Positions 12,167 through 26,999 of a stretch of 64,000 bases of DNA are shown here, one piece after another. The DNA is from Octopus bimaculoides (taxonomy: Eukaryota). A program made the position numbers and the translations under genes. The stretch spans positions 130,331,250-130,395,249 of the forward strand of contig NC_068982.1 of assembly GCF_001194135.2 (NCBI RefSeq), written 5' to 3'. The notes beneath the pieces were generated by a model. That model saw only the letters and a program-made list of their open reading frames with translations, was not told the DNA's origin and did no database searches. Each line of letters starts with the position of its first letter. The first letter of the stretch is position 1.

Positions 12167-12989
12167 TGTCTGTATGTATCTATATCTATATATATATATA
12201 CACACACACACAAACACACACGCATATATATATGTATGCTTGTATGTATGTAAGCATGTAATTTTGAGAAATTATAAATTTGTTTCATTTCTCAATGAAT
12301 AGTTCAGTGCATACTAAGAATACTCATTGTCTGATTGCTAATATGCTTTGAACAAAAATGATAAAGAGAAAGGAAAGAAGTGGGAAAGAATGATAATGAA
12401 AGAATGGTAGTCTTAAAATTTCGAATAAATTTCGAAAGCCTGCCAGATGAATTGCATATTTAGACAGAAATTATTGTGTGAAGATAAGCTATGTGGTAGG
12501 ATTTAAAGAAAAAGAGCAAATTTTAAATACAGAGCTGTTACATTCCGTATTTGGATACAAGCTAAACATGCTTTTTGTCTTGAATTTAAAGACAAACACT
12601 ATTTTGAGTTTAAAGATTAAAGAATTAATTGTTGTTGAAATATTTTTGAAATTTACGTATATCTAAGTTAAATCTATGTGTAAATGTTTGATATCAAGAA
12701 AAATAAAGACTTTTTTGATAGCACAAAACGGAAGTTAATTATAAGTTATGCAATTTAGTATAATTAAATGAAATTATTGCATTGTGAAATTGTGAAGTGA
12801 AACCCTATCACATTGAGTAAGTGAGACTAAAAAAAATATAGAAGAACTGATTAAATAGATGGTGTCAGCTACTGGGGAATTGGAACGAAGTTAGATTAAA
12901 ATAATCAAAATAATGTTAATCATTTAACAAAGGCTAAACAAGTCTGTATATACCTTAAACATAGCAAGTGATGATAGCTAACTATTTTG

Positions 12990-14195
12990 AATAGAGTGAA
13001 TATATATATATTTCATTTTCAAAATTCAATTCAAAAGTCAGACTCTAATTTTTATGATCGCCAGTTTTCAGACCGATGACATTTCTGGTGCAGGAGGTAA
13101 GAATAATGCGAAGCGATAAAATCGCAAACACCGAGAAACATTTTTTTCTATATTTGTGAACATTCTCATTCAGCGACTACTCTCAATTCGTCAACTGTTA
13201 TTGGTTTCGTACCATAAACTTTCTCTTTTAAGTATCCCCATAAAAAAATCGTAGGGGTGTGAGGTCGAATGAACGTGGAGATTATTCTACGAACTTCTTT
13301 TTCCAATCCACCTGTTTGGCAAAGTTTCAAAGTAGGCCCTTATGTTACTATCGTAGTGTGGGAGTGCCCCATCTTGCTGAAAATAAACTGTATATCTTCA
13401 AAGTTCTCTGAGTGCTTCGCATGACAGATTGTCACAGCAAGTTCAAATGAATGAGATATGCCTTAATACCATAAAAAAAACAAAAACAAAAAAACAGAAT
13501 AGTCCATTTAACCCTTTTAATAATAAGCTGCACCATACTGTAACTCTTGGTAAATTAACATGATGTCCGCCTGTCATATGCATATTCTTAGGTCTCCACT
13601 ATCTGAAAATGTAGCGGTTGGCTAAGCCATGTAATTTAAATGTAGCCTCTTCACACCAAACAATCTTTGTTGGAAAGTGGGCGTCTTTTATATATCACAC
13701 CAAGTACCACTTGCAGAACTCCATTCATCGGTCCGGAGCATCATCAAGAACATGGACTGTTCTTGGAATGCAACTTTCCCAATAATATTGCTTCAAAATG
13801 CGATGGACGCTTGATTTTGAAACTTCTATATCATCATTCACTTGCTGCACAAGTTTTTTTTGAGCTCTGGCAAAATACATTTCCAGTACTCTTTCTTGCT
13901 TTGTGGGGTTCGTCGATGTCCGCACTCTTTCAGAACGTTTCACGTATACATTCTGATTAGTTCCGCCTGCTTAAAACTAATCTCAAACACAAGTTATGGT
14001 AAATAGCGTGATTATGCTTGAAATTCTCTCCTAATGTAATTTTGCTCTTCGACTGCGTTCTCAGTAGCACTTTGGAATAAATTTCCTTCGTTCAAGACTT
14101 TATTATTTCTAACGGATTAGATCTAAAAAGAAATAAAAATCGAGTTAACAGCTGTTAATGTGTGGCGTGTATATAGTTTTTTGCGATACGCTGTA
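12990..14195 (-). mobile_element. Degenerate Tc1/mariner transposon (near full length)
   Basis: Left end TA|CAGCGTATCGCAAAAAACTATATACAC; degenerate right end near 12991. Transposase motifs [47 protein letters not shown] and frameshifted DLTP.DFF.WG.LKEKVY, with stops. Confidence 0.85.
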
Positions 14196-16639
14196 TAGTT
14201 CAACAATATTGCAACGTAATCTAGATAAAGAAATTTACTTAATCTTCGAATGAGAAGATGAAAGATGGGTACTTGGGAACTATATTGATTTGAAAAATAA
14301 GAGAGAAAACTTAAAATAACTTTGAAGGGCTGACGGAAAGAAAAATAACTGATGCAGTCGTATTATAAATAATAATGAATATGTAAAAGCACAAGAACAT
14401 CATAAATGAATTTACGAGTAAGATGGTATGTCATTTGACTTTGACGTAAACGAACGCATCGAAATATAGACACATTTATATATATACGCATATACATACA
14501 TGCGCCTACACAATAAATACATAAACGTTTAAACATGCATATACACACACACACTTCTAGATTTATACGTATAATCTGCATGCATGTGCTTGATATTTGT
14601 CCGCATATATACATATATATATATGTATATACCAGCAAGTATAAAAGTATACATTCCAGTTCGCCTACATGCTATTGCATGCATTTTATACACACAAGTG
14701 CATTTTGAGATAAATTCCCAGAAATCAGCGACGTATGTACATGTATGTGCGTGTGTGTATGCATGTGCATTTACAAATATATAAAGTAGGTGTACACGAA
14801 GTATGACCATTGCTAGAAATAGCTGCCAGTAAGTTTACGGCGCTTTGTTATTTTAATAGTGTATATATATATATATATATATNNNNNNNNNNNNNNNNNN
14901 NNNNNNNNNNNNNNNNNNNNNNNNNNNNNNNNNNNNNNNNNNNNNNNNNNNNNNNNNNNNNNNNNNNNNNNNNNNNNNNNNNNNNNNNNNNNNNNNNNNN
15001 NNNNNNNNNNNNNNNNNNNNNNNNNNNNNNNNNNNNNNNNNNNNNNNNNNNNNNNNNNNNNNNNNNNNNNNNNNNNNNNNNNNNNNNNNNNNNNNNNNNN
15101 NNNNNNNNNNNNNNNNNNNNNNNNNNNNNNNNNATATATATATATATATACCTATATATGTGTTTATGTTGCATGTGCACGCGTGTAAATGTATGTGCAT
15201 TTGGGTGCATGTATGTCTGTATATATAGATGTGTACGTATATATATATATAATATATACACATGTTAAAACTCGCATATATATGCCTGTTTACATAAGAT
15301 ATGTATGTGTGTGTGTGTGTGTGTGTGTGCGCGTGTCCATGTACAAACATATTTACACAAAGACATAGGTGTAACGGTAACAACATATGTATATACATGC
15401 ATTTACACGTATACATTTACTAAGATACATATAAAAACATGCCTCTGAATGCATATCCCCGCATATTTGTTCCGTATGCACGTCATGTCTGAAAGATATA
15501 CATTTTTGCACGCACATTTTCAGGTATTCATATTTATATACAAATATGTACATCTGACCATGCCTACATAAACAAACACAATTATATGTATACATATACA
15601 TAAATGCATAAATACAGATACATATAGACAGCATTTTAACCAGGTTAGATTGTTTGTGGATATAATTAAAATTTCATCAGATTTGTGAAATGCACAGTGC
15701 AGATTTTGTCACATTGAGAGAGAAAAATGACTGTTGTGTGGTTAGACTGTACGGTTTCTTATAACCCTAAATTTTTGACCTATTGATAACATATTTTAAA
15801 ACATTTTATTAATTTACTTGGGGTTAAACTAGTAGAGGCACAAAAAGTCATCACTCCTGTATAATCCACCTTTTTTGATGGCGTGGGGCGAGACCTACTT
15901 TTCACTTGCAAAAGTAATGATAAATTTAGGAGATCACAAGTTTCTGCAGAATCATTTGCTCTGTAGCCAAAGTGAATTAGGTTATTAGAGTGTATCTCAA
16001 TTTAGATAGAATAGTCATAATTTACAATAACTTTACGTATAAAATAATGCTTCATAATCTCTAAAATTTGTAAATGATATAACGAAGTTGAGGACAATAA
16101 ATTCAGTAATACATTCGTAATAATGTTTAATATCTAAATGTAGTGTTTGTTACGGAGAAATTTCATCCGTAAGGGGGATTGTCCTTTAAGTTCAGGCACA
16201 ATCTTGTATATATTTAGAAATTTCTCATATGTCAGGTTTATCTGTTGGCCTTCGTTATTGAATTCATTAAGAAAATTGAAATTAATTTTCTTACAAATTT
16301 TGTTAGAGAAAATACGACTCTGTTTTAAGAATCTGTTTGGTATAGATCATGTCGTCTGAATGAACGTAGATACCTTTTGAATATTTAATTTGGCGTATTT
16401 TGGAATTAAGTTTCACTTGGTAGTCATTTATCACTTTTCTGTAATTCTGTGTTAACACCATTAAAGCACCATTAGTCTTTAAAAGAAACACAATCTAAAT
16501 CCCATAAATCTTTAACAGAAACATCTGTAACATTTCTTACTCCACAGCAAACTTTGTTTCAGTAAAACTACTTTAAACCACTGAAATAAACAAACACCCA
16601 TTTAACTACCAATAATTTCCATTCTACCATTTCTAAGTT

Positions 16640-16900
16640 TTCTGCTTTAAATTCTAATTGCCTTGTTAGGAATATTGTTTATCAATGTACCATACATGCC
16701 AACATCATTCCTAAATTACGGTAGTGTCTCTCCACAAATACTTTTAAATGCCACTGCATTTAACATGCGTAGTCACACCAAACCCCACTCCATAAAGATG
16801 AGCCGTCACTTTCCTACTAGATAAATGAAGTGAAGATTAAGAATAAACATTATAACCTCACGTTTAACATTTTATCCTAAAGCAAAATAATACTCCACAA
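16640..16900 (+). mobile_element. Penelope-like element remnant (GIY-YIG region)
   Basis: NCLVRNIVYQCTIHAN..STNTFK and SLSY*INEVKIKNKHYNLTFNILS resemble Penelope GIY-YIG domain sequence. Confidence 0.55.
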
Positions 16901-17700
16901 AAAAAAAAAAAAAAAAAAAAAAATGGCCCTATAGCCTTTTCGAAACTAAATATCTATAAAATCAGATTACCATCAACAAAGATTCTGGGAGAACTTCTAA
17001 CATTAAACTTTTAAGCGTTGAACACTTTACACACCTTAATTGTTAAAATAATCAAGTAAAATCTCTAATCTTGTACGTAATTGATTTAAACCATAGCTGC
17101 ACGGAACCCTGCCTCTTAATATATACGTATACAAAATTTCACATTGCTAGCATCTTTTACTAACGTTTGGCACGCTTTTTGTTAATCATTTGCGTACACA
17201 AATCGTATTTCTTTGTAGTACGACTTTGTAACCTTGTTAACATATAATGCAAAGAGCTTAACAAGCGCGCATGATAACACAGATACACACATGCTCTCAC
17301 ACCATTTTTCCACATGTTATATTTAGTCTTATATAGATAGATTTGCCCAACTGACTATTTCATTTTTTTACTGTCTAATTGCAACTGCTTTTGCCATAAA
17401 TTGAATTTGAACTGAATTTTGTCTATAAATTAGAATTTTTATTAATTTGAATTTCTTAATTGGGAATCTTTTTCACATCTATTCATATATATTTATATCT
17501 GTGCTTATATATGCATTTAAAAAATATTATCACTCGTTCTAGTTATATGTCATACTACTACATGCAAATGTCCATGCATTCGCACAATATATTAGTTGCC
17601 CTTCTTACTCGTAAAAAGATGTATGCACATGCAGTTACATCAAAGTCTTTGTAAACATAGATATGTAGATGTACATTCGAAGTGCAAAGGNNNNNNNNNN

Positions 17701-17743
<43 letters not shown>

Positions 17744-18223
17744 TGCATCTGTAATTACATGTGTATTCGTACATGTATGCTTAGTGCGTGTGTGCATGTA
17801 TTATGTGTTGTAGCTATATAAGGCATTAATGCCTACATGAATACTGCTCGACCAATGAGCATTGACCGACTTATTATGGTTGATTCGAAGAACTCTAAAG
17901 AAATGCACGATTTTTCCTGCTGAATAGCTTGATCAAAGTTTCTGGAAAATTTCGTTTACGGTTAAAAGAATGGTGGTAAATTCCTAACCATTGTATTCAT
18001 TGTTTTATGAACGTTATTCCCTTAAATAAACTATAAGTACACTCGTAAGTATAAACGACATGGATTAAAAAGATATACGAAAACTCAAATAAATATTGGT
18101 CATTTCATTATATATTTATATACATATGTATGTGTGTGCGTATGTGTGTGTGTGTATACATGCATACATACATACATACACATATATATATTCGTATATA
18201 CATCCATATATATATGTATATAT

Positions 18224-18260
<37 letters not shown>

Positions 18261-18311
18261 GTATATATATACACACATGTATATATATACATACAGACAT
18301 ATGTACGCACG

Positions 18312-18345
<34 letters not shown>

Positions 18346-18399
18346 TGCAAATACTTATACTTAGATAAGTTTCAACCAGAATTTGCCCAGGTCATGTCT

Positions 18400-19490
18400 A
18401 ACGCAATCGCACCATCTGAAAAGACATTTAATGATGTTTCATATTGCAGTCACTCTGTGGTCATCATAGCCTATTTGAGTAATGAGTCATTGTTCGCAGA
18501 GATATATCCGGGCGTAGTTTGGTTATCTGAAAATTGTTGGAAATATTTGTCCGAGACTCGTTTGCACGTCATCAGATAATTTTCTTCTCTTATGTGTCTT
18601 GATATGGTGTTAAAGAGAGCAGGACCAGTTCAAGTGAAATAGTTCTGTCTTTAGTAGTGTGATGTAACGTGAACACGACTTTTGCAGAGGACAGATGACA
18701 TAAGGACGAAGCCCAGGATGAATTTTAAAGTTGATGCCAACATCATTTGATCAGTGCTGTGGGAATGTTTTTCCACATCATGTAAATGATATAGTGCTCA
18801 CAGAGGCGTCGGAGGGAATAAAATTTGAGTTTCTTCGGACGATCTCAATAACCAGGACTTCTCATGTAATCTATTTTCCTTGTGGTCGATCTCCGGGATA
18901 TTTGAATTTTTATAGTATTTTGTTTTGTGTAGGGAGACCGCAGCGGACAACAACATACAAGATGAGGGCGGGCGAAGGTGGAGAAGAGATGGAGGATTTA
19001 CTCCGAGGTCCTTGTCATGTTTTACGTCATGAAATTTTCGCCCGAGGGAGAGTGTATGGTATCTTAAGTGTAACTTCTTTACCGAAGTGGATTAATTCAA
19101 ATTTATTCTCGCTTAGCTGCTTATTGTGTTTTTCTGCACATCGGATAACGGTGAGCTGATCCGACTGAAGATTAGTCAAGGACCTTCCGGAGCTTAGAGT
19201 CATCCGTGAAAATTCTAATGCTGCTGTGTTTGATGGCGTCAATGAATGTCATTGATGCAAATAATGAAAAGGAGTAGGCTTAATGTAGTGCTTTTGGGAT
19301 TCCACTATTGACTCTTGCCGAGCTTGATAGAACAGTGTCTATGACCACATGCTAGGTTCTGTTCACCAGAAGACATCCAATGTTCGATAGTTTCTTTAAT
19401 AGGATGTTGTGGTCAACATTATAGGCCTTGCTGAAGTACAGAGAGATGTCATCTGCATTGGAGCCTCTCTCAGAGCCTTAGAATGTCATG
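18400..19490 (-). mobile_element. CR1/L2-type LINE remnant (RT C-terminal half)
   Basis: YFSKAYNVDHNILLKKLSNIG, LQSD..AEKHNKQLSENKFELIHFGK..KIPYTLP, DKDLGV and KKLKFYSL motifs, with frameshifts. Confidence 0.75.
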
Positions 19491-19543
19491 CTATTGCGAT
19501 ATGTACATAAACTATGTGTGTGTGTGTGTGTTTGTGTGTGTAT

Positions 19544-19590
<47 letters not shown>

Positions 19591-22500
19591 GAGCTTCTAC
19601 ATTTACGTTTAGTTTAAATAGTATAAGAAAGTAAGCAGTTACTTACAAGTTCATATATTTTATCATTTTTATTTTGGCACTTGTATATATTCTTTATTTA
19701 CAGATTCTACTCTATTTTTAATTGGGACTTCAACTACTATATTTGTTTTTCTTTTCTTGATTTTTAAATTACATTTTCCAAGTATGTATGTTTCATATTC
19801 TCCTAACTCAGAGAAACTTGACTTCCGGTATTTCTAATGCATTTTAATATTGTTAAATTAACGCAAATATCTACATATTTACCTAACCTTATTTACTCTC
19901 GTCACAATAGAGAACGCGATTAGCTATTCTTATTTCATATGTTTAAGATTCAGACACCTTGAGAATTTCATCGACTTCTAGAGTCCTCAGATCTTAGTAT
20001 ATTTAGATTTTATCTTACAATTTTATAAAGCCACCACTACTAACTTGTATAACCTACAATTTCACTTATATTATTCACCGTCGAAAGTACTTCGGCTCTC
20101 CTCCATACTTAGTCTCGTGAAAAGAGATCAAGTACGGAACAGTAGAATTAAAATACATATTTGTAACTTTCAAAAAACATTTCAGCATTAGCTACTTCCT
20201 TTCTTTTTAAATCGAAGACAGAAAACATCTTTACTTTTATCAAAATAAGGACTTTAACAGCTCTACATCCGAAATTTACTTACTTTTTTCACAGCATGAT
20301 CAAATTTTGCCTTCTCATTGTCAAACTTTATTTAAATACAGAGTTCAAAAGATTTTTACTCATTTTAATCAGAAAGCATGTTTGCCTTCAATGAAAATAG
20401 CTAATTTAACAGTTCTGTTTTCAAAATATATTCAGCCCATATTCGGTCTATACAGTCAGATATAATTTAAGTATGAAATTCAAATGCCATATTTTTCAGT
20501 ATTTTCTACCCTTTTATGACTACTACTCTCACTATCTCCCTATTTCAATTTTCTTTTCTTTCTTTTTTTTTTTATTTAACTTTGTCTTCCTTCTGTAAAA
20601 CTTATACGAACACTTGAACAAAAAAGTTTTCTTTGTCAGTTGTGAATGAAACACAGACGCATATACATTTGATAAGTATGTGTGCGTGTGTGTGATATGT
20701 AAACATACAGGTGTATTTATATATGCATAAACATGCATGTATGTATACAAAGATGTACACACACACATACACACACATACACACACTCACACAAATACAC
20801 ACATGTTTGCATACATGTATGCATACATGTACAAATATGTATGTACATATACATGCATATATATACTCATACACATACACAGATATACATTTATAGATAT
20901 ATAATTACATACTATTTTATATCGTATTTCCATGTTAGTGAGTGTATATGATTGCATGTGCATGTACTTATCAAAGTGGGTACGTGTGTTTAAGTGCATG
21001 TGTGAATACTGGAAAAAATATGGAATTAAAAAAATTATTAGCAACATCATGAAAATAGTGCTGTCATAACGGATGCTTACTGAAAACTGCAAGTGTCTGA
21101 GACTGCTGTAAAGAAAACATGAAGTGGAGATAGTGGTGATGGTGGTGCCAAGTGTTAGTTTTGAAAAGTGAAGTGTTAGTGTTAATGAAAGAGAATTTAA
21201 GTCACACACACAGTTGCGATTGCTCGACTACACGAATTCTATGTGGAAGTATCATGCTGGACGTAGTGTAACGATTAAGTGTGCTGTAGATGTAAAGGAA
21301 AAGAAGGAAGAATGATTTCTTAGGTTAATGAGAATGATTTTTAGTTCTAAAAGCTGACACAGAATATGGTGCTGCAAACGAAAACAGAAAGAAACAACAA
21401 AATATTCACACATATGTACATTATACAGCAACAGAACAGAGAAAGAAAAAGTACATAAAAGCCAAAACAAAAACAGTGACAGTAGAAATGCTGTATGTGG
21501 AGTGAATATAAGAAAAGAAGAAAAGAAGAAAAGAAGTATGAAGAGAGTGGATGTGAGTTAAGGGATCAAACATAGTAAAGAAATTAAACCCAGGGAGAGA
21601 GTGAACTGTTATAGGGTATTTAGTTTAGGTAGCACCATGACAGAAGGGACAAACCCATAGCTCTGATGTCCGAAGATGAATAATTTTTGAAGACTGAGAT
21701 TCAGAATGCCCTGCTTGTAGTGTTGCAGATCTTTGACGTGGAGAAAGTCGAAGTAAAGGGGTCTGTTGGAGGTAAGAAAAATAAAAGAAAACAAAAAAGA
21801 AAGAGAAAGTAGGAATTGCACGAAGGTAATTAAAAAGCAATGTAATGTTAGTAGTCGTGTGAGATGTTCCTGAAAAAAAGATGTAGAAAATTGTCATTTG
21901 GGTCTGAGAATGATAAAAAGTTTTGAAAATGTAACGATATGAAAATGAAAGAAAAAAAAGTGTTTAACCTAAATGAGATCCTGTATAGATTTATGACATA
22001 GAAGTCATTTTGCTTTTCAGAACTGAAATCTGGAAGAATAACACAAATATAAAGAAATTATAATTGATGCATACCAGTCTTCTGCTGGCTGAGACAAGTT
22101 TTCGGAAATGTATGGACTCTCACAATCATTCAGGAGCATAGAAATTATTAACAAATTAGAAATATAACTTTTAATAGAAATTATAATTGATGCAAAGCGG
22201 TCTTCTGTCGATAACGACAAGTAGCGTTTCAGATATGTATGAAGCTCTCACAATCATTCAAATATTATGGAGATTATTAGCAAATTAAAAGTATAATCTG
22301 CAATAATTCACTTACTATTGAAACATTAAGAGATATTGTCGTATAATTATGGTTCTTTACTACTTTAAACTAGAAAAGTTCTGATCTGGGTAACATATTG
22401 AGACTCAAGAATGCAGTTTGTGCGAAATACCCATTTGTGGGAGTAGAGGTGAATTCAAAGCCGTTACATCAAATCTATTTTTCCGAGTATGGAACCATAT

Positions 22501-22609
22501 TATATCTGCCTAAATTCATTCAGTAATGTAGAGTTTTATCCTGAAAGACATTTGCTTTTCGTCCAAGAAACCATTGGGAGCAGAGATAAGTTGATTTGAA
22601 AATCTCATA

Positions 22610-22642
<33 letters not shown>

Positions 22643-23218
22643 GATCACTTTGACGCAGAACCTTTAAGATAAAAATAAGAACGATAACATTAAACCAATA
22701 TACAATATACAAAAATATGATGTGTGTATTTGTGACTCAGTAAGTTTGTTAATAAAACCGTTTAATAACATTATTCGTAATTATAATAAGTTACTTCCAC
22801 TCTATTGTCTTATGAAAGAATACCTCTAAGGTGTGAAACTGACGTCTCTGTTCAAGAGAAGAACCTACCTGGTCATTAAGATATATGGTGGTTGTAACTT
22901 AATTATTCGGCCTGCATTTGTATATAAATAAAAATATATTCTTTAAACCGTATTTCTTTAATATTAAAACAATAACCCAATGAATCATACATTATACAAA
23001 ATATATATATTGCTAAACATTAGTAGATAAATAAGTATCAATGGTTACTTAGTAAAATGTAGCATGTGTCGAATTTTGATTTTAAACAATAAATGCTCTT
23101 CGAATCTATACTTAAAATCACTTTTGTAAAAATAGATAAGACACGTCGAGAGGAAACCAATGATGGTTCTTTTCTTTCTTGTAAACTAAGAAGAACTGAG
23201 TTTTAGAAAAAGAACCAA

Positions 23219-23597
23219 CAGGCGTGGCTGTGGGTAAGAAGCTTGCTTCGCGACCACATGGTTCCGGTTTCAGTCACACCTTGGGAAAGTGTCTTCTCCT
23301 GTAGCTCTGGGTCCACCAAAGCCTTGTGAGTGGATGTCGTAGACGGAAACTGAAAATAGCCGGTCGTATATATCTATATCTGTATAAGTGTGTGTGTATT
23401 TGTCTCCCACTACTGCTTGATAACCGGTGTTGGTTTGCTTATGTCCTCGTAACTTAGCAGTTCGGCAAAAATAGATCGACAGAATAAGTGCCGAACTTTA
23501 AAAAAGTACTGGTGTCTATTTGCTCGATTAAAACTTTCTAAGCGGTTTCACAGCATGGCTACAGTCTACTGACTGAAACAAGTGAAAGATAAAAGAT
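23219..23597 (+). mobile_element. tRNA-SINE family A, near full length
   Basis: A box tggctgtgggtaagaag, B box ggttccggtttcagtc, family body, and gactgaaacaagtgaaagataaaag tail. Confidence 0.88.
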
Positions 23598-25083
23598 AAT
23601 TAAAAGAATTATATCATCAATAAACATTGTCTTCAGACACGCTGACTTAATTCAAAGCGCTGACTTAATTTGGTGTAATTGTAATTTGGTGTATTGTGAT
23701 TTGAACAATTTAGTCAAATTTAAATTTTCTTTGAATGACTTCGATTTTCTCGAATACTAAATCTTATTTTTCTTGTTTTTTGGTCTGAAGTTTTTGCTTA
23801 ACGTACTATCGTCTTCGGACGTCCGATTTTATTTCTATGTACATACTATTCAGAGGATTTTAGACTCATATTTATAACCCAGAGTTTCCTTGAAGGGCTG
23901 AGAAAATAAGTGCCAGATATAAAATATAATTTTAATCGAATGTTCTTGTTCTTCAATCGTCCGCAATCGAGGCGTGATTCACAATGCGCCTGCAGGAGCG
24001 GAATCTCTATTTCCTCATTAGCTTTGGTAGATTGTCAGTTTCTCTGCTAATAACCTCAATGTAGCTGAGTGGTTTCCGTCCTCTGTTAGGGTGCGGAAGT
24101 CTCAAAATATAGGATCCAGTATAGCATCGTGTTCAGCAAGCACGGTAGCAGTGGCCAGTAAAAGTTACCCTCCGTTGAGCAACATTTAAACAAGTGCCTA
24201 TGTAAGAATTTAATGGTACACCATACTGATTATTTAAGCAAATAATACATTGAACGAAAGAAGGCCACATAACTAATAATATAGGGTCTTGTGGGAAGTG
24301 TAAAACACTCTGCTGGGTATTATTTAGTACACAGACAAGTTCATCATTGCATTATATGAATAAAAGTTCTTTATTCTAAATCAAGATTAATTTTTGTAAA
24401 TGAATTTGACGTAATATCTAATCTATTAAAATCAACCGTGTAAAGAGATATAGAAGTTCGATTGATAAGGTTCAGCAAGCGCTCACGGGGATAAAAAGGA
24501 TTTATTGTTACATTAAGTATTCCTGTCCCTCCTTTGATGTCATAACTGTAATAAAGAACAAAACACAACGCAATATGATCAGTGGTTGGAACTATTTGTA
24601 TTTATAATTTCCAGCCGAATAAATAATTAATGAACCTTATGTCAATGATATTGAAAAGTGAAGAATAACAATGAAATTTTTGTTGACATTAGATAGTCTC
24701 AAACTAACTTTTGGAATTGCAATCTTTGTAATGTGCACTGCTAACTATTTTGTGTGACGCTGAAAAACAGATGGATATTTAAGACCAGAAAAGTAGAAAT
24801 GAACCAGAACTGAACATTACTCATTCGAGAAAGAGAAAGTGTGTATGTGTGTGAGGAGAGAGAGAGAGAAAGAAAGAGATGAAGTATATGACTCATGAAG
24901 CTAAATAAATCAAAATTAACGGCAACAACCCTGACATCAACGGTAACAAAAATTACTAGATATTGCTATAATTAATAACATCCATTCTTCATGACATGAG
25001 TAACGACAATCTTAAAGTATCTAACTGGAACTTTAACTATGACTTGGTTTCAGCGATATTAACAGTAATTAGAAGGGAGAACT

Positions 25084-25121
25084 TGTATGTATGTATGTAT
25101 GTATGTATGTATGTATGTATG

Positions 25122-25150
<29 letters not shown>
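25084..25150. repeat. (TATG)n microsatellite adjoining a SINE tail
   Basis: Direct reading. Confidence 0.95.
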
Positions 25151-25154
<4 letters not shown>

Positions 25155-25169
25155 TTGTGTATGTGTGTA

Positions 25170-25567
25170 TTCTTATATTCTATTACTTGTTTCACTCATA
25201 AGGCTGCGGCCATGCTGGGACACCGCCATGAAGAATTTTAGTTGCATGAATCGACCCCAGTACTTTTGATTTTTTAAGCCTGGCACTTATTCTATCGGTC
25301 TCTTTTGCCAAACCGCTAAGTTACGGGGACGTAAAGACGTAAACACACCAATACCGGCTGTCAAGCAGTGGTGGTGGTGGTAGTGGGCAAACACACACAC
25401 ACATACGACAAGCTTCTTTCAGTTTCCGTCTACCAAATCCATTCACAAAGCTTTGGTCAGCCCGAGGCTATAGCAGAAGACAGTTACCTAAGGTGTCACG
25501 CAGTAGAACTGAACTCGGAACCATATGGTTGGGAAGCAAACGTCTTACCACAGAGCCACTCCTGCAC
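25170..25567 (-). mobile_element. tRNA-SINE family A, full length
   Basis: Reverse complement of the 23219 copy, including the head ggtgcaggagtggctctgtggtaagacg. Confidence 0.88.
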
Positions 25568-26999
25568 CTAGTTTTTGTGTGACGTCGACAGTGAAGGTGA
25601 GNNNNNNNNNNNNNNNNNNNNNNNNNNNNNNNNNNNNNNNNNNNNNNNNNNNNNNNNNNNNNNNNNNNNNNNNNNNNNNNNNNNNNNNNNNNNNNNNNNN
25701 NNNNNNNNNNNNNNNNNNNNNNNNNNNNNNNNNNNNNNNNNNNNNNNNNNNNNNNNNNNNNNNNNNNNNNNNNNNNNNNNNNNNNNNNNNNNNNNNNNNN
25801 NNNNNNNNNNNNNNNNNNNNNNNNNNNNNNNNNNNNNNNNNNNNNNNNNNNNNNNNNNNNNNNNNNNNNNNNNNNNNNNNNNNNNNNNNNNNNNNNNNNN
25901 NNNNNNNNNNNNNNNNNNNNNNNNNNNNNNNNNNNNNNNNNNNNNNNNNNNNNNNNNNNNNNNNNNNNNNNNNNNNNNNNNNNNNNNNNNNNNNNNNNNN
26001 NNNNNNNNNNNNNNNNNNNNNNNNNNNNNNNNNNNNNNNATAACTATGTTCTCGACATTTCGCTGGGTTAAAGGGTGGGAGGGCAGAAATAATGTCGACA
26101 TCTGCCCTCGGCTACATACCTAAAAAGAATTAGCGAAAGACTGGTACATGCTACCAGCCATAGAGGCTTGCAAATAACGGCTATAGTTAATTGTGTGTGT
26201 GCGTGTGTGCGTGCGCGCATGTGTGTACATATCTTTATCGCTGCATTGGTAGAAGTTGAAACATGAGCGAGAAAATTCGGAAAAAAAAAAAAGGTAGGGC
26301 TCTTTGAGATATTTGTTTGGCACTGATAGTTATACTTTTTTGACATTCTCTCCTTATGAAATGCAGTGAAGTGAACAATAGTGAATTAAAATTAAATATA
26401 AATTTGTTACTAGTTCAAATATGTTTGAGGCACATACGAACCATTCACTATGGTTTTGTCACGGAGAAAATTTCTCGTGGTAGACAGGTGTAAACAGTTC
26501 AATATGCGGGGTAGGAGCGTTACGAACTGACTTGGTGTGTTTACACCTATTTGTCTACACCGAATACATCTCAAGCATATGTGAATTTGTAACAAGTTTA
26601 TATTTATACATAATTTAGCGCTTCTAATCTGTATGAAATTAGATAAATAAAATAATTCATGGTTAAAGCTCTAAGATGACACTTCAGACCTTTATTAAAT
26701 TTTGGGTTAACGATACAGATCAATGAAAATATGCATGGCTTTGTAAATAAATAAAAACGAAAAGAACGTGAAGAATGGAAACAATATGAAAAATGTTGAT
26801 AATTCCTTCATCTTTCGCATTTATTGTAAAAACAGCATGAAAATAAACGAGACAAGGAAATGCAGTATTATAATGGTAAAAAAAAAAAGCTATTAAAGAA
26901 TTTTTAACAATGACAAAATTTTCTAAGCTTTATTTATCATTCTTCCATATAACATTCTTCAGATCTTGTCCGTTCGCTAAAGATCGCAACTCTCACACA

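Noticed and set aside
14810-15416. Long ORFs containing X runs (also near 10.2, 25.5, 36.6, 44.4, 49.2 and 54.3 kb)
   Set aside because: They are open only because they cross N gaps.
21081-21105. Candidate 25-nt microexon (tttacag|CAGTCT...TTCA|gtaagc)
   Set aside because: It is not a multiple of 3 with either NAGNAG acceptor, so it would shift the collagen frame. A poison exon cannot be excluded without RNA data.
23219-23290. tRNA-like A/B boxes as possible tRNA genes
   Set aside because: No cloverleaf, and they continue into multi-copy SINE bodies.
26079-26109. 9-bp hairpin gagggcaga/tctgccctc beside a gap, and 10-bp hairpin at 33725-33759
   Set aside because: Isolated short stems with no Helitron CTRR end, no histone or terminator context and no second copy.
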